A stretch of 59,427 nucleotides of DNA, counting the filler. It is 3 parts of 3 records of this genome, joined end to end, with 100 filler letters (N's around TTAATTAATTAA, not from the genome) between each part and the next. Parts side by side here need not be neighbours in the genome. Positions count along the whole stretch, not along the records: positions 36,266 to 59,427 come from DRR723986_5326; 2 more parts are not named here. One strand, written 5' to 3'. Shown here piece after piece: positions 50,204 to 59,379 of the stretch; position 1 is the first letter of the stretch; each line of letters begins with the position of its first letter. A model generated the notes under the pieces. It was given only the letters and a program-made list of their open reading frames with translations, had not been told where the DNA came from and made no database searches. Both the position numbers and the translations under genes were made by a program.

Positions 50204-51311
50204 GAAAGCGCTTTTGCAGCGGCGCATTCCAAAAACTGGCCTGCCCCAACACATCAACAAAGGCCTCGGCCGCGGTGCCCGAGCCAAAGCCTGTGTGGTT
50301 GTCATAGCGCTGGCCCCATTGGCTGGCCAAAAACTGCGCAATTGCGGCCACGTCATCGGCGGCGGCACTAAACAGCGAGGGGGCATTGCCACGCGCGGTT
50401 TGGCGCGTGCCAATATCAAGCGAGGGAATGCCCAGAAACGGCGCTTCGCGCACGCCGGCGCTGGAATTGCCCACCATGCAGCTGGCGTTTTTCATCAATT
50501 CCGAGAAATGCGCAAACCGCATCGAGGGCAGCACCCGAAACCGGCTGCGCGGCAGGGCATCGAGCACGGCAAAAATATCTTCGGAACCGGGGTCGTTATT
50601 GGGGGCGATCACCACAAATTGGCGGTTGGATTGTTCCAAAGCGCCAAAAAGCGCCCGTGCCTGCGCGCCCATTGTGCCCGCCTCAGAGGTAACAGGGTGA
50701 AAGGTGCAGATGCCATATTCGCCCATGGGCAGGTCGTAATGGCGGCGCACCTCGTCTAGCGCCACCCCCGATGGGCCCGAGTGGAAATCCAGCTCGGGCG
50801 AGCCGATGACATGAATCGCCTCTTCCGGTTCGCCCAGCGCCATAACGCGGCGCGCCGCCTCGGGCGAGCTGACGAAATGATGGGCGCATAGCTTGGAATT
50901 GCAGTGGCGAAAAATCTCGTCAATTGTGCCTGATACCTCGCCGCCCTCGATATGGGCTGACCTGACATAATTGGTCGAGGCCACCAGCGCGCAGGCCAGC
51001 GCCTCGACGCGATCACCATGCACGATGATCAAATCGGGGCGGTGTTCGGTGACAAAATCGGAAAAGCCAAGCACCGTTTTGGCCAGCACCACATCCTGCG
51101 GATCGCCCGGACGCTGGTTTAAAAACTCGTGCACAGCCACGTCACGCAGGCGCATCACCTCTAGTTTGGTCAGGCCATAGCGGCCCAGCATATGCATGCC
51201 CGTCACGAAAAAACTAACCCGAAAGCCGGCATCGCGCGCAGCGATGGCCAGGGGTTCGAGCTTGCCAAAATCGGCGCGGGTTCCAGTGACGAAAAGAAGG
51301 GATTTTTCCAT
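50190..51311 (-). CDS. neuC: UDP-GlcNAc 2-epimerase (hydrolysing)
   Basis: TGTRADFGKL, TGMH, HGDRVE, HIEGGEVSGTIDE, FHPVT, GNSSAG, GTRQ. Confidence 0.95.
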   Translation of the reverse strand: MEKSLLFVTGTRADFGKLEPLAIAARDAGFRVSFFVTGMHMLGRYGLTKLEVMRLRDVAVHEFLNQRPGDPQDVVLAKTVLGFSDFVTEHRPDLIIVHGDRVEALACALVASTNYVRSAHIEGGEVSGTIDEIFRHCNSKLCAHHFVSSPEAARRVMALGEPEEAIHVIGSPELDFHSGPSGVALDEVRRHYDLPMGEYGICTFHPVTSEAGTMGAQARALFGALEQSNRQFVVIAPNNDPGSEDIFAVLDALPRSRFRVLPSMRFAHFSELMKNASCMVGNSSAGVREAPFLGIPSLDIGTRQTARGNAPSLFSAAADDVAAIAQFLASQWGQRYDNHTGFGSGTAAEAFVDVLGQASFWNAPLQKRFHDIA

Positions 51312-51419
51312 GTGTTCTTGTTTCTGCCTCGGCGCGGCGATCCTAAAGCGCTAAAAAAGGGGTGGCAATTGCAGATATGCCCCCATATCACGGTGCTGTT
51401 TACCGCGTCGGAGACAGAA

Positions 51420-52202
51420 ATGAACAGCCTCAAGACGGTTATTTGCATGAAATGGGGCACGCTTTACCCCGCTTCATACGTAAATGTGCTGTATCACGCC
51501 GTGCGGCGCCATATCACGGGCGATCTGCGCTTTGTCTGCCTGACCGACGATGCCCATGGGCTAGATCCCGCGATCGATCATTTCCCCATCCCCGATATGG
51601 GCCTGTCTGATTTCGATTGGAAAAAGGGCGGCTGGCCGAAACTGTCGGTGTTCAAAGAAACGCTATACGATCTGTCGGGGCGCTGCCTGTTTTTGGATTT
51701 GGACAGCGTGATCACCGGCCCGCTGGATGCGCTGTTTGACCATCCCGGCGATGTTGTCACCATCGATACCGGCCCCAATTGGGTGCGTTTGGGCGGCACT
51801 GATGCACCGATGGCAGGCACGGGGGTGTTTACCTTTACCATTGGCCAGTTTCCCGAAATTTTTGATCGTTTCATGGCCGATCACAGCGGCATGGTGGCCA
51901 AATACCGCATCGAGCAGATCTATCTGCAGGGCGAATTGCCCGAAGGTGCGCTGCGCTTTTGGCCGCTGGATTGGGTGCTCAGCTTTAAATACCACCTGCG
52001 CCGCCCGCCGCTGTTGGGGCTGGTGCAGCGCCCCAAGCCACCGCTGCCCGATACCCGCGTTGTGGCCTTTCACGGCGAACCACGCCCGATAGATCTGGTG
52101 CGCCCGGGCATTTGGGGCATCGCCCCGCATCTGGGGCGCGGGCGCGTGCCTTGGGCGGTGAATTACTGGCGCGAAAACGGTGGCAACCCGGAGCGCGATT
52201 GA
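51420..52202 (+). CDS. Uncharacterised GT-A fold glycosyltransferase (DxD)
   Basis: ICMKWGTLY...YVN.L, FVCLTDD, WPKLSVF, FLDLD, FHGEPRP. Confidence 0.75.
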   Translation: MNSLKTVICMKWGTLYPASYVNVLYHAVRRHITGDLRFVCLTDDAHGLDPAIDHFPIPDMGLSDFDWKKGGWPKLSVFKETLYDLSGRCLFLDLDSVITGPLDALFDHPGDVVTIDTGPNWVRLGGTDAPMAGTGVFTFTIGQFPEIFDRFMADHSGMVAKYRIEQIYLQGELPEGALRFWPLDWVLSFKYHLRRPPLLGLVQRPKPPLPDTRVVAFHGEPRPIDLVRPGIWGIAPHLGRGRVPWAVNYWRENGGNPERD

Positions 52203-52843
52203 TGCTGCCCCCCCGCCTTGCGGCATGGCCGCGCAAATACCTGTACCAAGCACCGCGCGGCTGGCTGCTGAAACTGACCAGCCGCTCGAACGCGCGGATG
52301 CGCGCGGAATTGGCAGGCCAAAGCGTGGCGGTGGTGGGCAACGCCAAAAGCCTGTTTGCCGCGGATTTTGGCGCGCAGATCGACAGGCATGATATCATCA
52401 TCCGCCTGAACAAGGGTTTTGTGCAGGCGCCAGCCGCGCAAGGCACCCGCACCGATATGGTGGGGCTGACGCCCGAATTGTCCGAGGGCGAAGTCAGCGC
52501 GCATTTCGCCCCGCGCCACATGCTGATGCTGATCCCGAAAATGCGCCACTACCGCATTTTTGGCCGCGAAAACGTGCAAAACACCCTGTTTTACCCGTTT
52601 CGCTGGTGGCTGGCCGATCGCAACCTGATTGGGCGGCGCCCCTCGTCGGGGTTTATGGCCATCAGCTGGCTGGTGCGGCTGGGCGTGGCGCGCGAAATTG
52701 TGCTTTATGGGTTCGATTTTGGCCAAACCCCCACCTATTACAACCCGGTGGGCTATAAAACGCCGCATAATTTTGCCCGCGAGGGGCAGATTATCATGGG
52801 CTGGCAGGCCGAGGGGCGATTGCGCATTATCCGCCCCGATTAA
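52202..52843 (+). CDS. GT29 sialyltransferase-like protein
   Basis: Sialylmotif L-like VAVVGNA.SL...FG..ID.HD.IIRLN...GTRTD; S-like PSSGFMA...LYGFDF; TYY; VS-like HNFARE; TGATG coupling to upstream GT. Confidence 0.8.
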   Translation: MLPPRLAAWPRKYLYQAPRGWLLKLTSRSNARMRAELAGQSVAVVGNAKSLFAADFGAQIDRHDIIIRLNKGFVQAPAAQGTRTDMVGLTPELSEGEVSAHFAPRHMLMLIPKMRHYRIFGRENVQNTLFYPFRWWLADRNLIGRRPSSGFMAISWLVRLGVAREIVLYGFDFGQTPTYYNPVGYKTPHNFAREGQIIMGWQAEGRLRIIRPD

Positions 52844-54324
52844 GCCCCGCCGCGGCCCACACCTGGAAAGGTCAGCGCGATATCGCCGCGCAACAGGCCC
52901 AGCGTGGTTTTTGCCACCTCATCGGTGTTTTCCTGCGGGTCGTAACTGTCGGTGTTTTCCAGATAGACCTGTTCGATCACGCCTTTGTGGCAGCGTGCAA
53001 TCAGCGCGCCTGCGTGTTGGCACAGCAAGTCATGATCCACCGTGGCGGCGGCGACTTGGGTGAAATCCATGCCTTCGTGAAAGCGGAAAATGCCGGGCAA
53101 ATTCTTGTACCAGGCATTGCCAAACACCACAGCCGGGCGCCCCTTGCGAATGGCCTCCCATGCGGCGGTTCCCGTAACCGTGGCCACAAATTGCGCCTGA
53201 TCTGACAAATCATGCGTCGACAGGCCCGATGGCACGAAACGCACGCCCCGAATGCGGGCAAGCCGGTGCCAAAAAAACGGCCCCCTGGCATAGCTGCCCT
53301 GGCGGGGGTTTTCCTTGACCAGAATTTCCCAGCCTTCCGGCAAATGCCGCGAAAGTGCCTCGATCATCAGCACCTGGTCGCGCCATGGCCCGCCCAAGGC
53401 CGAGGTAGACATCTCGGGCTGGTTATGCAGCGGCACGTAAATGAACTTGCCCGACAGATCGATCTGCTGATCCTCAAATTGCGCCAGATGTTCGAAATAG
53501 GCCAATTCGTTCACGTGGAAAAACCGTGCAAACGGGTCGCGCCAATCGGGCAGCGCGCCATAGATGGCGCTGATGCGTCGCAGCATGCCCAGCAAGGCCC
53601 AGGGCTGCAGCAATTTCGCAGGCTCGCGCAGCGCCACATATTTCAGGAAATTCGCCACGGCCTTTGGGGTGATGCGCCCTTTGGTGGCCTGTTTTTGCCA
53701 GCGATCATCCATGTAAAACAGATGCGGCTTTGAGCCCTTTTCAATGGGCATCGGCGGCGCATCCGAGCCGGTTGGATCGAAATCGCCCAGGTCTTCGATG
53801 TTTTCGACCGAGAAATAAAGCGAGGGGAAAATGGTTTGGCACAAAACGATGGTTTTCAGCCCCAGCGCCTTGGCCACCTGATACATCACCGTATCATAGC
53901 CCAGATGCGGCACGATATAAAACAGCGCATGGGTGGCGCCGCTGTCGATGATGCGTTGCGCCATGGCTTCGGCCAGGATGTGGTAATAATCTAGATAATC
54001 CTGCAGGTTATCCAGATTATGCGCGCGGTATTGATAGGCGCTGGCGCTGCGGTGCATCTGGTCGACCGCGGTTTCCATCATTTTGCGAAATTCGGGCGAG
54101 CCGAGCAGCTGAAAATCGGCGCCATGGCTGAGATGGTTTTTCATCATATGGCCCAGCTTGCCGTCGCGCACCTCCATGCGCTGCAGGCAGGGGGCGTGAA
54201 AATCGGCATCGCGGTCGCCAAAATGCAAGGCAACCTGGACCGTTCCATCAGACAGTTCAACCAAGCGCTGCAAAAACGCCTTGCGATGCTGGCCGCGCGC
54301 ATCAACTAACAGTTTAATCGTCAT
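52840..54324 (-). CDS. Capsule_synth / KpsS-LipB-like protein (putative ulosonate transferase)
   Basis: YVPLHNQPE, LVKENP, VATVTGTAAWEA..G.P.VVFG..WY C-terminal GT-B motifs. Confidence 0.7.
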   Translation of the reverse strand: MTIKLLVDARGQHRKAFLQRLVELSDGTVQVALHFGDRDADFHAPCLQRMEVRDGKLGHMMKNHLSHGADFQLLGSPEFRKMMETAVDQMHRSASAYQYRAHNLDNLQDYLDYYHILAEAMAQRIIDSGATHALFYIVPHLGYDTVMYQVAKALGLKTIVLCQTIFPSLYFSVENIEDLGDFDPTGSDAPPMPIEKGSKPHLFYMDDRWQKQATKGRITPKAVANFLKYVALREPAKLLQPWALLGMLRRISAIYGALPDWRDPFARFFHVNELAYFEHLAQFEDQQIDLSGKFIYVPLHNQPEMSTSALGGPWRDQVLMIEALSRHLPEGWEILVKENPRQGSYARGPFFWHRLARIRGVRFVPSGLSTHDLSDQAQFVATVTGTAAWEAIRKGRPAVVFGNAWYKNLPGIFRFHEGMDFTQVAAATVDHDLLCQHAGALIARCHKGVIEQVYLENTDSYDPQENTDEVAKTTLGLLRGDIALTFPGVGRGGA

Positions 54325-54368
54325 CTCTGCCCCCGTTTTACACCCCTTTGGCGCCATCTGTGCCCGGC

Positions 54369-55397
54369 TTAGGCCAGATCGCTCCATTTCAGCTGGGTGT
54401 TGCGCGTCACTGCACGGGTCAGGCGGCGGCCCACAACCTTGTCAAATTCATAGCCTGCAATCTCGCCCGACCCGGGGCGGCGCGCCCAGATATCTTGTTC
54501 GGTGATCACATGGCCTGCCGGCAAATCGGCATCAGCCACCACGCTGGCACGGGCAAAGCGGTATACGTCTTCTTCGGGGCCGCTGCGCTGTTTGTCATTA
54601 TGCGCCGCCACCCAAATTTCGCGCGACCGGTCGATCAGAAACCGCAGCTCGGCCGGATCCATCGAGCAGGAAATATCAGGCCCCTTGCGATAGCGGCTAT
54701 CGGTGTAATGCCGTTCCAAAATAGCGGCACCCAGCGCCACCGAGGCCAGCGCCATTTCCGGCCCGATCGAATGATCAGAAAAGCCCACCACCGCGTTGGG
54801 GAAGGCATTGCGCAATTCTGTCACGCCTTTCAGCGAAACAATCTCGGCGGGGCTGGGGTAAAGATTGGTGCATTCCAGCAGCGCATAGTCTACCCCGGCA
54901 TCTTCCAGAATTTGCACGCTGGCGCGCAGGGTTTCGATGGTTTGCATGCCGGTTGACATGATCACCGGCTTACCTTTTTTGGCAATATGGCGGATCAACG
55001 GCAGGTTATCGGCCTCGCCCGAGCCAATTTTATAGGCCGGCACATCCAGCGTTTCCAGAAAATCCGCCGCCGCGCGGGAAAACGGGGTGGAAATCCAGAT
55101 CATGCCCAGGCTTTCGGTGTAGCGTTTCAGCTCGGCCTCGTCTTCCAGCGACAGGGCGCATTGCTGCATCACATCCCAGATCGACACATCGGCATTGGGC
55201 GGAAAGATCGATTTGGCCTCGTCGGTCATTTCATCTTCTACGATATGGGTTTGGTGTTTCACCATCTCGCAGCCCGCCGCAGCGGCCAGGCGCACCATGT
55301 CTTTGGCCACAGACAAATCACCGCCATGGTTGATACCAATCTCGGCAATCACCAAGGGCGGGTGGGCGGCACCAATGGAACGGTTGGCAATCTTCAT
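54369..55397 (-). CDS. neuB: N-acetylneuraminate synthase
   Basis: IAEIGINH, KHQTHIVEDEM, STPFSRAA, KIGSGE, SDHS, ERHYT; C-terminal SAF domain. Confidence 0.96.
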   Translation of the reverse strand: MKIANRSIGAAHPPLVIAEIGINHGGDLSVAKDMVRLAAAAGCEMVKHQTHIVEDEMTDEAKSIFPPNADVSIWDVMQQCALSLEDEAELKRYTESLGMIWISTPFSRAAADFLETLDVPAYKIGSGEADNLPLIRHIAKKGKPVIMSTGMQTIETLRASVQILEDAGVDYALLECTNLYPSPAEIVSLKGVTELRNAFPNAVVGFSDHSIGPEMALASVALGAAILERHYTDSRYRKGPDISCSMDPAELRFLIDRSREIWVAAHNDKQRSGPEEDVYRFARASVVADADLPAGHVITEQDIWARRPGSGEIAGYEFDKVVGRRLTRAVTRNTQLKWSDLA

Positions 55398-55569
55398 CTG
55401 TCTCTCCTGCCGGTCAGGCGCTGTGTTTGCGCAGGCTTGTCATAACCTCTGCCGCCCCATTAGGCCAGTGGGCGCTGCTGCCGCAGGGGCAATTGCCGGC
55501 ACGGGTTGTGGGATGGCCCCTTTGCCGCTAAGCAACGCCAGATTGATTTTGCGCAACCGAACAGGGCTC

Positions 55570-56259
55570 ATGCCGCTAAAACCCACCCTTGCCTTTTTCA
55601 GCCAGTGGCAAAAATCGCTGCGCAAAGCGTGCAATCGCGATTTTTCCACGCCAGAAAACCGCCGCCGTGCCTGGGTGTTTATCAACCTGCTCGATCATGG
55701 CTGGCTGCGCAAGATATGGGCCAACACCCATGAAATCAGCCCCGGTGTGTATCGCACCAACCAGCCCAGCCCGGGGCGCCTGCGCCGGTTCAAGGCGCGG
55801 GGTATCGGCACGGTGCTAAACCTGCGCGGTTATGTGCGCACGCCGGTCTATTTTCAGGAAAAAACCACCTGCGAGGCGCTGGGCCTGCAGATGATAGACC
55901 TGACCTTGCGCGCAGCCGAGGCACCAGACCCGCAGGCGCTGCGCGACCTGATTGCCCTGTTTCGCGCCCAAACCGGCCCTTTTGTGATGCATTGCAAATC
56001 TGGCGCCGACCGCACCGGGCTGGGCAGTGCCATCTATTTAATGGTGATCCAGGGCCAGCCTGTACAGCAGGCGCGCAAGATGCTATCGGTGCGCTATATC
56101 CATTTCTGGTGGGGCAAAGCCGGTATTTTGGATATGTTCTTAGACAGCTACGCCGCGGCACATAGGCAAACTGGCATCGCTTTCGAAGAGTGGCTGAACA
56201 CCCAGTATGACCCGGCCGCGCTGACGCTGGCGTTTGGCAAAAAACGCGGGCGCGCCTAG
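55570..56259 (+). CDS. Tyrosine-phosphatase-fold protein (CtpA-like)
   Basis: DHGWLR..W.N.HEI.PGVYRTNQPSP, LNLRG, HCKSGADRTG (CX5R). Confidence 0.85.
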   Translation: MPLKPTLAFFSQWQKSLRKACNRDFSTPENRRRAWVFINLLDHGWLRKIWANTHEISPGVYRTNQPSPGRLRRFKARGIGTVLNLRGYVRTPVYFQEKTTCEALGLQMIDLTLRAAEAPDPQALRDLIALFRAQTGPFVMHCKSGADRTGLGSAIYLMVIQGQPVQQARKMLSVRYIHFWWGKAGILDMFLDSYAAAHRQTGIAFEEWLNTQYDPAALTLAFGKKRGRA

Positions 56260-57230
56260 CCGCTGCCAATCAACGCACCAGCGGCAAACACCAGCGCGCC
56301 GCCCAAAACCACCTGAAACGTGGCGCGCAAAAACGGTGTTTCCATATAGCGGTTTTGTATCCAGACAATCGCCCACAGTTCGACAAAGACAACCGCAAAG
56401 GCAATGAATGTGGCGGTCCAGAAATCTGGTATCAGATAAGGCAAGGCGTGGCCCAACCCGCCCACCGTGGTCATCACGCCGGCGGCCAGCCCGCGTTTTG
56501 TGGGGCTGCCCCGCCCCGATAATTCGCCATCATCCGATGCGGCCTCGGTAAAGCCCATGGAAATGCCCGCCCCAACCGAGGCCGCCATGCCCACCAAAAA
56601 CGTGGTCCAGGTGTCTTGGGTGGCAAAGGCCGTGGCGAAAATGGGGGCCAGGGTGGAAACCGAGCCATCCATCAACCCTGCCAGCCCGGGCTGCACCCAT
56701 GTCAGCACAAATTGGCGATGGGCGGCGCGGTCTTCGCTGGCGCGGCTTTCATCATCTAGATGTTCGCGCTGCAGCTTGCCTGCGGTATGCTGGTGGCCTG
56801 CCTCGGCTGCGGCCAAATCGCCCAACAGTTTGCGGGTATCGGCATCTTGGGTGCGCTTGGCCGCTGCCAGATAAAAATGCTCGGCCCCGCGCTCCATTGC
56901 TTCGGCCTCGGCGCGAATCTGCTCGATCTTTAGGTTTTCCACCAACCACACCGGGCGGCGGGCGTAATAGCCTGCCACATGTTCGCGCCGGATCAATGGG
57001 ATCACCTCGCCAAAGCGACGCTGATGCAGGGCAATCAGGCGCTGGCGGTGGCCATCTTCCTCGGCGGCCATACCATCAAACACCTTGGCAGTGTCGGGGA
57101 ACTCGGCGCGCAACCGTGCGGCATAGCTGCGGTAGATGCGCGCGTCATCCTCTTCTGAGGATATGGCAAGGGCCAGCACCTCTTGTTCGGACAAATCAGC
57201 AAAGCAGCGGCGTTGTGTTAGAAATCGCAT
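56256..57230 (-). CDS. mbfA: Iron exporter MbfA (rubrerythrin-like + VIT/CCC1)
   Basis: LSEQEVLALAISSEEDD, EEDGH, QPGLAGLMDGSVSTLAP, SDDG.LSGRG. Confidence 0.93.
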   Translation of the reverse strand: MRFLTQRRCFADLSEQEVLALAISSEEDDARIYRSYAARLRAEFPDTAKVFDGMAAEEDGHRQRLIALHQRRFGEVIPLIRREHVAGYYARRPVWLVENLKIEQIRAEAEAMERGAEHFYLAAAKRTQDADTRKLLGDLAAAEAGHQHTAGKLQREHLDDESRASEDRAAHRQFVLTWVQPGLAGLMDGSVSTLAPIFATAFATQDTWTTFLVGMAASVGAGISMGFTEAASDDGELSGRGSPTKRGLAAGVMTTVGGLGHALPYLIPDFWTATFIAFAVVFVELWAIVWIQNRYMETPFLRATFQVVLGGALVFAAGALIGSG

Positions 57231-57305
57231 GGGCGGGCTTTCTCGTGTCTTGCACCATAAAAGCAGCAAGACGGCAATGCTTGGGCGGGTTCAGCTTGCC
57301 CGATC

Positions 57306-57321
57306 TAAACTGCTTGGTTTA
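57306..57321. promoter_or_regulatory. Palindromic operator upstream of tetR gene
   Basis: TAAAC-N6-GTTTA between a TTGCCC (-35-like) and TAAACT (-10-like) element. Confidence 0.5.
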
Positions 57322-57350
57322 AACTCTGCGGTATAACAAAGGAGAAGTCC

Positions 57351-58025
57351 ATGGGGGGAACTGCCGCAGCCGCACCCTTGCGCCGGGGGCGCAAGTTTGA
57401 CCAAGTGTTGGAAGGCGCACGCGAGGTTTTTCTGCGCGATGGGTTCGAGGGCGCAGTGGTAGACGAGATAGCGCGCCAGGCTGGCGTATCGAAAGCCACG
57501 CTTTACAGCTATTTCCCAGACAAACGCGAATTGTTCCTGGCGGTCGTGCGCAACGAATGCGAGGCCCAGGCCCAACGCGCCACAGCGGTTATAGATGAAA
57601 GCCAGCCACCCGAAATCGTGCTGCGCAAAGCCGCAGAGCAAATCGTGGGGTTTGTTGTATCGCGCTTTGCCTTGCGCATTTTCCGCATCTGCCTGGCCGA
57701 GGCAGACCGCTTTCCTGAATTGGGCCAAGCCTTTTACAACAGCGGCCCCATGCTGGGCCGCAGCCGCCTGTCAAGCTATATGCAAAAAGCCGCCGCACGC
57801 GGGCAATTGGTGATCGACGATTTCGAGCTGGCCGCAGACCAATACGCCGAGCTATGCAAAGCAAACATCTGGAACCGCGCGGCGTTTGGCGTGCAAAACA
57901 GCTTTAGCCAAGCCGAGATGGAGCGCACCATAAATGGCGCTGTGGCGGTTTTCATGGCGCGCTACGGCGCCACTGGCAATGCCGCCGGGGCAGGCAGCGC
58001 CCGCCCCGGCAAATCTGCTGATTAA
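57351..58025 (+). CDS. TetR/AcrR family transcriptional regulator
   Basis: [47 protein letters not shown]. Confidence 0.93.
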   Translation: MGGTAAAAPLRRGRKFDQVLEGAREVFLRDGFEGAVVDEIARQAGVSKATLYSYFPDKRELFLAVVRNECEAQAQRATAVIDESQPPEIVLRKAAEQIVGFVVSRFALRIFRICLAEADRFPELGQAFYNSGPMLGRSRLSSYMQKAAARGQLVIDDFELAADQYAELCKANIWNRAAFGVQNSFSQAEMERTINGAVAVFMARYGATGNAAGAGSARPGKSAD

Positions 58026-59152
58026 TACACCACAACCGATCTGATGCTTTCCCCGGAATGCATCAGATCAAAGCCTTTGTTGATGTCATCCAGGCTTAGC
58101 GTATGGGTAATCATCGGATCGATCTCGATCTTGCCATCCATATACCAGTCAACAAATTTGGGCACATCCGTGCGCCCCTTGGCACCGCCAAATGCGGTGC
58201 CTTTCCAGACCCGCCCCGTCACCAGCTGGAAGGGCCGCGTGCTGATTTCGGCACCGGCGGGCGCCACGCCAATAATCACCGAAACGCCCCAGCCGCGGTG
58301 GCTGCATTCCAGCGCATCGCGCATCACCTGCACATTGCCGGTGGCATCAAAGGAATAATCAACACCGCCGATCTGATCGGCCTCGGTTTTTGTCAGGTTC
58401 ACGATTTCCTGCACAATCGTGCCATCAATCTTTTTGGGGTTGATGAAATGGGTCATGCCAAACTTGCGTGCCATTTCCGCTTTGTCATCGTTCAGATCAA
58501 CGCCGATGATCATATCAGCACCCGCCATGCGCAGGCCCTGAATAACGTTCAGCCCGATGCCGCCCAGCCCAAAAACCGCGGCGGTGCTGCCAATTTCAAC
58601 ACCTGCGGTATTGATCACCGCGCCGATGCCAGTGGTCACACCGCAGCCGATGTAGCAAATCTTTTCAAAAGGCGCATCGGGGCGCACCTTGGCCAGGGCA
58701 ATTTCGGGCATGACCGTGTGATTGGCAAAGGTCGAGCAGCCCATGTAGTGGTAGATGGGCGTGCCATCCAGCATCGAAAACCGCGTTGTGCCATCGGGCA
58801 TCAGGCCCTGGCCTTGGGTGTTGCGGATCGCGGTGCACAGATTCGTTTTGCCCGACAGGCACGAGGGGCATTGCCGGCATTCCGGCGTATATAGCGGGAT
58901 CACATGATCGCCAGGCTTCAGCGTGGTCACGCCTTCGCCCACCTCCAACACAATGCCTGCCCCCTCATGCCCCAGGATCGAGGGAAACAGCCCCTCGGGG
59001 TCGGCACCCGACAGGGTAAATTCATCGGTATGGCAAATGCCGGTCGCCTTGATCTCGACCAAAACCTCGCCCTTTTTGGGGCCTTCCAGGTTTACGTCCA
59101 TAACTTGCAACGGTTTGCCGGGCTCAAGCGCCACGGCGGCACGGGTACGCAT
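58022..59152 (-). CDS. frmA: S-(hydroxymethyl)glutathione dehydrogenase / class III alcohol dehydrogenase
   Basis: [47 protein letters not shown]. Confidence 0.97.
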   Translation of the reverse strand: MRTRAAVALEPGKPLQVMDVNLEGPKKGEVLVEIKATGICHTDEFTLSGADPEGLFPSILGHEGAGIVLEVGEGVTTLKPGDHVIPLYTPECRQCPSCLSGKTNLCTAIRNTQGQGLMPDGTTRFSMLDGTPIYHYMGCSTFANHTVMPEIALAKVRPDAPFEKICYIGCGVTTGIGAVINTAGVEIGSTAAVFGLGGIGLNVIQGLRMAGADMIIGVDLNDDKAEMARKFGMTHFINPKKIDGTIVQEIVNLTKTEADQIGGVDYSFDATGNVQVMRDALECSHRGWGVSVIIGVAPAGAEISTRPFQLVTGRVWKGTAFGGAKGRTDVPKFVDWYMDGKIEIDPMITHTLSLDDINKGFDLMHSGESIRSVVVY

Positions 59153-59379
59153 CTTGCTTCTCTCCTGCTGGGTCTTTGCGGGCGCCAGACTGGGCGAAAC
59201 CGGCCGCAGATGCAACCGCTATGGGCGACGCGTGCGCAGCCAGGTGCGACGCGCGCAGGGTCGGGGCTGGGATCAGACGTTGGTCTGAAAGCGGCTGGCA
59301 CTTTCCTCGGTATGGCGTGCCGCCAAGGCGTGGGACTGTGGCCGCGTCATTCGCCCCAAGATCACCGACGGAGAAAGCC

